Shown: one piece after another, positions 61,125-64,000 of the stretch | Numbering within the stretch: the stretch's first letter is position 1 | Layout: each line of letters begins with the position of its first letter | Origin: Opitutales bacterium | Lineage (GTDB): Bacteria > Verrucomicrobiota > Verrucomicrobiia > Opitutales > UBA2987 | DNA: 64,000 nucleotides | NCBI GenBank assembly: GCA_965226885.1 | Contig: CBDDEL010000013.1 | Coordinates: forward strand, 1 to 64,000 | Direction of reading: 5' to 3' | Program-made: the position numbers and the translations under genes | The notes under the pieces: model-generated | Seen by the model: only the letters and a program-made list of their open reading frames with translations | Told to the model about the DNA's origin: nothing | Database searches by the model: none

Positions 61125-61741
61125 AAAAAATCGTTCAGCCAGCATGGCATCCAAATTTCCGCAATGTTGAAACATTGCCGGACATTAAAGCCATCAGGAC
61201 CGATTTCGTTATTAATTGGGGAGTGGTTCTAGTGGCTGTGGCATTGTTGATGTTTTTCCTCAAAAACGAATTTTCCGCTCTTTCGGTCGGGCGAAACATA
61301 AAGGATTTCGAGACGAAAATCAGCGAAAACACCGCCGCCAACAACAATAACTTAAAGTTGAGCGGCGAGTTCGGAACCCTTTCCAAGGAAATAACCGAAG
61401 TCGAAGCTTTTATGGACGTTCCCATCAAACCCTCCGACTTTCTCCTCAATTTTACAGAAATCAAACCGGTGGGGATGCTGCTGAAAACGATCAGTTACGA
61501 CTCCCAAAACATCATACTAGGCAACCGCAAGACGGCTCCGGGTAAAACCATCGGCATTCGAGGCTCGATTAGCGGCTCGCCAGCCGAAGTCACGCAATTG
61601 GTAACCGAATTTGTGGAAACCCTCAAAAATCTGGAGATGATTAAGGAAAGCCTTCATAAAGTGGAGCTGCAATCGCTCATTCGCGATGAAGCCTTGGGGC
61701 TTTTCAACTACTTTATTCGCATCGAGTTGGTGCCGCCGTAA
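61125..61741 (+). pseudogene. pilN: PilN-like protein, 5' end removed at IS1 junction
   Basis: Frame is open from the IS end (KIVQPAWHPNFRNVETLPDIK) with no ATG before the TM helix; then coiled coil; upstream of pilO-like. Confidence 0.6.
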
Positions 61742-61746
61742 AAGAA

Positions 61747-62319
61747 ATGAATACCCAAGCCATCCTCGCCAAGATAAAACAATACCCACTTGCAGTGGGA
61801 GGTCTTGTCTTTATAGTGATTGTCGGAGCAGGTTATTTCTTGCGCAAATCGCATGTTCCCGAACTGGAGGGGAAACGTGAGATTCTGGAGGCCCAATGGG
61901 AGGCCATGACGTCCAATACGACCGAGTCTACAGACGTTACCGGGCAAGTGGAGAAAATTAATGAATACAGTAAAGAGATAAATTCCCGCCTCATGGTGCG
62001 CGCAACGAAAGCCGTCAATCAGCAATATTTTTATGGTTTGGAGGAGCAAACCGGCATTTCCCTGACTCTCCTCTCGCAATCGGACACCCCGCCGCCGCCG
62101 CGAGCTCCGCCGGGCAAACCCAACCTTACCCTCTACGCTCCCATCGCGTATTCGGTCGGTATTTCCGGAACCTTTCACCAGGTCCTTGATTTTCTCAGTC
62201 GGCTCGAACATGGCCAATACTTCACCCGCATTGAAGGGTTTTCCTGCAATTCCATTGGTAAAGACGAAGCCGATGCGGTCCAGATCAGCCTTAAAATGGA
62301 TATCCTGGGAGTGAAATAA
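61747..62319 (+). CDS. pilO: PilO-like protein
   Basis: TM, coiled coil, GTFHQVLDFLSRLE. Confidence 0.7.
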   Translation: MNTQAILAKIKQYPLAVGGLVFIVIVGAGYFLRKSHVPELEGKREILEAQWEAMTSNTTESTDVTGQVEKINEYSKEINSRLMVRATKAVNQQYFYGLEEQTGISLTLLSQSDTPPPPRAPPGKPNLTLYAPIAYSVGISGTFHQVLDFLSRLEHGQYFTRIEGFSCNSIGKDEADAVQISLKMDILGVK

Positions 62320-62332
62320 AAATAAGAATAAG

Positions 62333-62935
62333 ATGAAAAATCCTCCATTTTCAGGCAAAAGCTCTTTTTTGTCCAAAGCCGCAGCCACGTCTACGGCGGG
62401 ATTCATTTTTCTGGGCTTGTGCGGGTCCCCGCTCCTCATTGGGCAGGATGAGCCACCCCGGCTTGTATTGCCCAAAAAAAACCGGGAGGAAGTTCTGGAG
62501 AAAGCCGAAAATATACTGCACTCGGAAAATCCGGGGTTTCTGACTGCCCTGCTAACGATGCACAGTCCCTTTCTCCCTCCCCAGGAAGAAGTAGTTGAAG
62601 TAGTGGAAGAGACTCCGCAAGGGCTCAAAGTAGTAGCCAAACCGAAAGCCCCGAAAGCCCCGCCGAAGATTCCCGATGCGGACATTTTACGATATGTGGC
62701 CGACCGGCTCAACCCCAAGGGCAGCCTGGTCACGAGCAGAAGAAGCCTCCTCCTCTTTTCCAACGGGGGGAAACTATCAGTGGGCGGCTCCATACCCACG
62801 ACGGTCCGGGGGAAGGCCTACAATATCATTGTGGCCGCCATCACTCCAAACGATTACACCCTCCGCCTGAACGAGGCCCGAATTACTCGGTCCTTTAAAA
62901 TCACCAGCTCGAAAGGCGCCGTCAGTAAAGATTAG
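62333..62935 (+). CDS. Hypothetical protein in PilP position
   Basis: Signal-like N-terminus, SPF motif, small beta domain; lies between pilO-like and secretin. Confidence 0.6.
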   Translation: MKNPPFSGKSSFLSKAAATSTAGFIFLGLCGSPLLIGQDEPPRLVLPKKNREEVLEKAENILHSENPGFLTALLTMHSPFLPPQEEVVEVVEETPQGLKVVAKPKAPKAPPKIPDADILRYVADRLNPKGSLVTSRRSLLLFSNGGKLSVGGSIPTTVRGKAYNIIVAAITPNDYTLRLNEARITRSFKITSSKGAVSKD

Positions 62936-63035
62936 TGATATTGTTGTGCCGCCTTGCCAAATGACAAATAATTCTATAAATTCTAACCGCCTTCTTTTTG
63001 ATATTTCAATTTAACCACTAAGAAAGGCACGAACT

Positions 63036-64000
63036 ATGATTCGCCCTACATTCAATATTCCCCTAATACTTCTACTCTCCACCATCGTGGCTTGGGGACA
63101 GGAGCCGCCCGAGGTCGAAGAACCTGAGACTCTCGGTTCCGATGAAATCCAAATTATGACGCCGGGTCCACAGGCGTCGGTAATGCCGCCACCGCCGGTG
63201 TCAAGTTCTCCCGAGATGAATTTTGCTCCACCCCCCGGCGAAGTGGATTACACCGCTCCCACCGAGGAGGCAAGAGAGGCCGAGCTAACCCTTGACGAGG
63301 AAACCATCTCGGTGGATTTCCCCGATGAGGAAGTGCGAGTCATCATCAGCAATGTAGCCGATCTTTATGACCTTAACGTGGTCATACCCGACACTCTGGT
63401 GGGCAGCACGACCCTCAAACTGCGCAATGTTTCTTGGCGACAGGTATTCGAGGTAGTGCTGGAACCATTGGGTTTCAGCTTTGTGGAGGACCGCAACATC
63501 ATCAAAATCCGCAGCAATCTCGATCTGGAGCAGGAAAAACCGGATACACGAGTATTCATCGTTAATTTCGCCAATGCCTCCGAAATCCAAAGTTCGATCG
63601 CCCCGCTCATCGGGGAGGGGGGCCGGATACAGGTGGACTCCCGCAGCAACGCCCTCGTCATTACCTCGAGGCCTACCCGGATGAACCGCATCCAGGAAAT
63701 CATCGAGCGGCTGGACCGGCCCACCGCACAGGTGATGATTGAAACAAAATTTGTCGAGGTGACCAACAGGGACAGCGTCAACCTGGGCGTGAACTGGTCC
63801 TCCCTCAACTCCTACCAACTCACTGCCGGCCCCTTTCAGCGTGACTACAATCGTGATATAAACCAGACCGCCCTCGGCAACGACGATAACACATCCATCA
63901 CCACTACCGACAACCTCTCGGACAATACGACCAATTTCACATCCAACATCCCGGTGCCCGGATCGCCCAACAGCATCACCGACATCACCAACAACTCCTC
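63036..64000 (+). CDS. pilQ: PilQ-like secretin, N-terminal part (runs off window)
   Basis: My translation: signal peptide, Pro-rich linker, ISVDFPDEEVRVIISNVADLYDLNVV, DSRSNALVI, QVMIETKFVEV, LGVNW; absent from ORF track. Confidence 0.85.
   Translation, partial: MIRPTFNIPLILLLSTIVAWGQEPPEVEEPETLGSDEIQIMTPGPQASVMPPPPVSSSPEMNFAPPPGEVDYTAPTEEAREAELTLDEETISVDFPDEEVRVIISNVADLYDLNVVIPDTLVGSTTLKLRNVSWRQVFEVVLEPLGFSFVEDRNIIKIRSNLDLEQEKPDTRVFIVNFANASEIQSSIAPLIGEGGRIQVDSRSNALVITSRPTRMNRIQEIIERLDRPTAQVMIETKFVEVTNRDSVNLGVNWSSLNSYQLTAGPFQRDYNRDINQTALGNDDNTSITTTDNLSDNTTNFTSNIPVPGSPNSITDITNNS

Noticed and set aside
1..64000. CRISPR array, rRNA or tRNA
   Set aside because: No repeat-spacer periodicity or recognisable RNA gene seen; the long repeats are all IS copies.

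Overview
Chromosomal segment of a Verrucomicrobiota bacterium, most likely Opitutales-like (inferred from a TIGR02597-like/PEP-CTERM gene pair, DUF3450, a Minf_1886-family gene and a PilX-like AGPDxRVTA protein), undergoing a massive and very recent insertion-sequence expansion. I delimit 23 mobile elements covering about 27.6 kb (43%): 8 IS1380, 3 IS21, 7 IS1 (two species), 2 IS3-family, 2 ISNCY/IS5-like and one 274-bp MITE. They are stacked up to four deep inside host genes, with most target-site duplications (TSDs) intact. A central 26.6-kb block (13.7-40.3 kb) is IS-free and carries a type II secretion cluster (gspGHIJKLMD-C?-EF) preceded by DUF3450-exbB-exbD, then rpmI-rplT-pheST-gatCAB, a Minf_1886 gene and an M16 peptidase. 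Interrupted host genes (PEP-CTERM protein, PilX-like protein, sialidase-like BNR protein) reassemble into open frames; pilN has lost its 5' end. The right end has Dabb, an ATP-grasp protein, truA and pilN-O-P?-Q. Most notable: all three IS21 copies sit within 30-60 bp of IS1380 ends; an IS1380 tandem array has a junction spacer foreign to the local target; an active-looking IS1 has insB in the +1 frame in all five copies; a two-armed structured MITE; an AT-rich cassette bounded by TDPVG and VPEP motifs; and a TonB-less ExbBD module ahead of the T2SS. No rRNA, tRNA or CRISPR array was seen. Family names come from motif recognition, not database searches.
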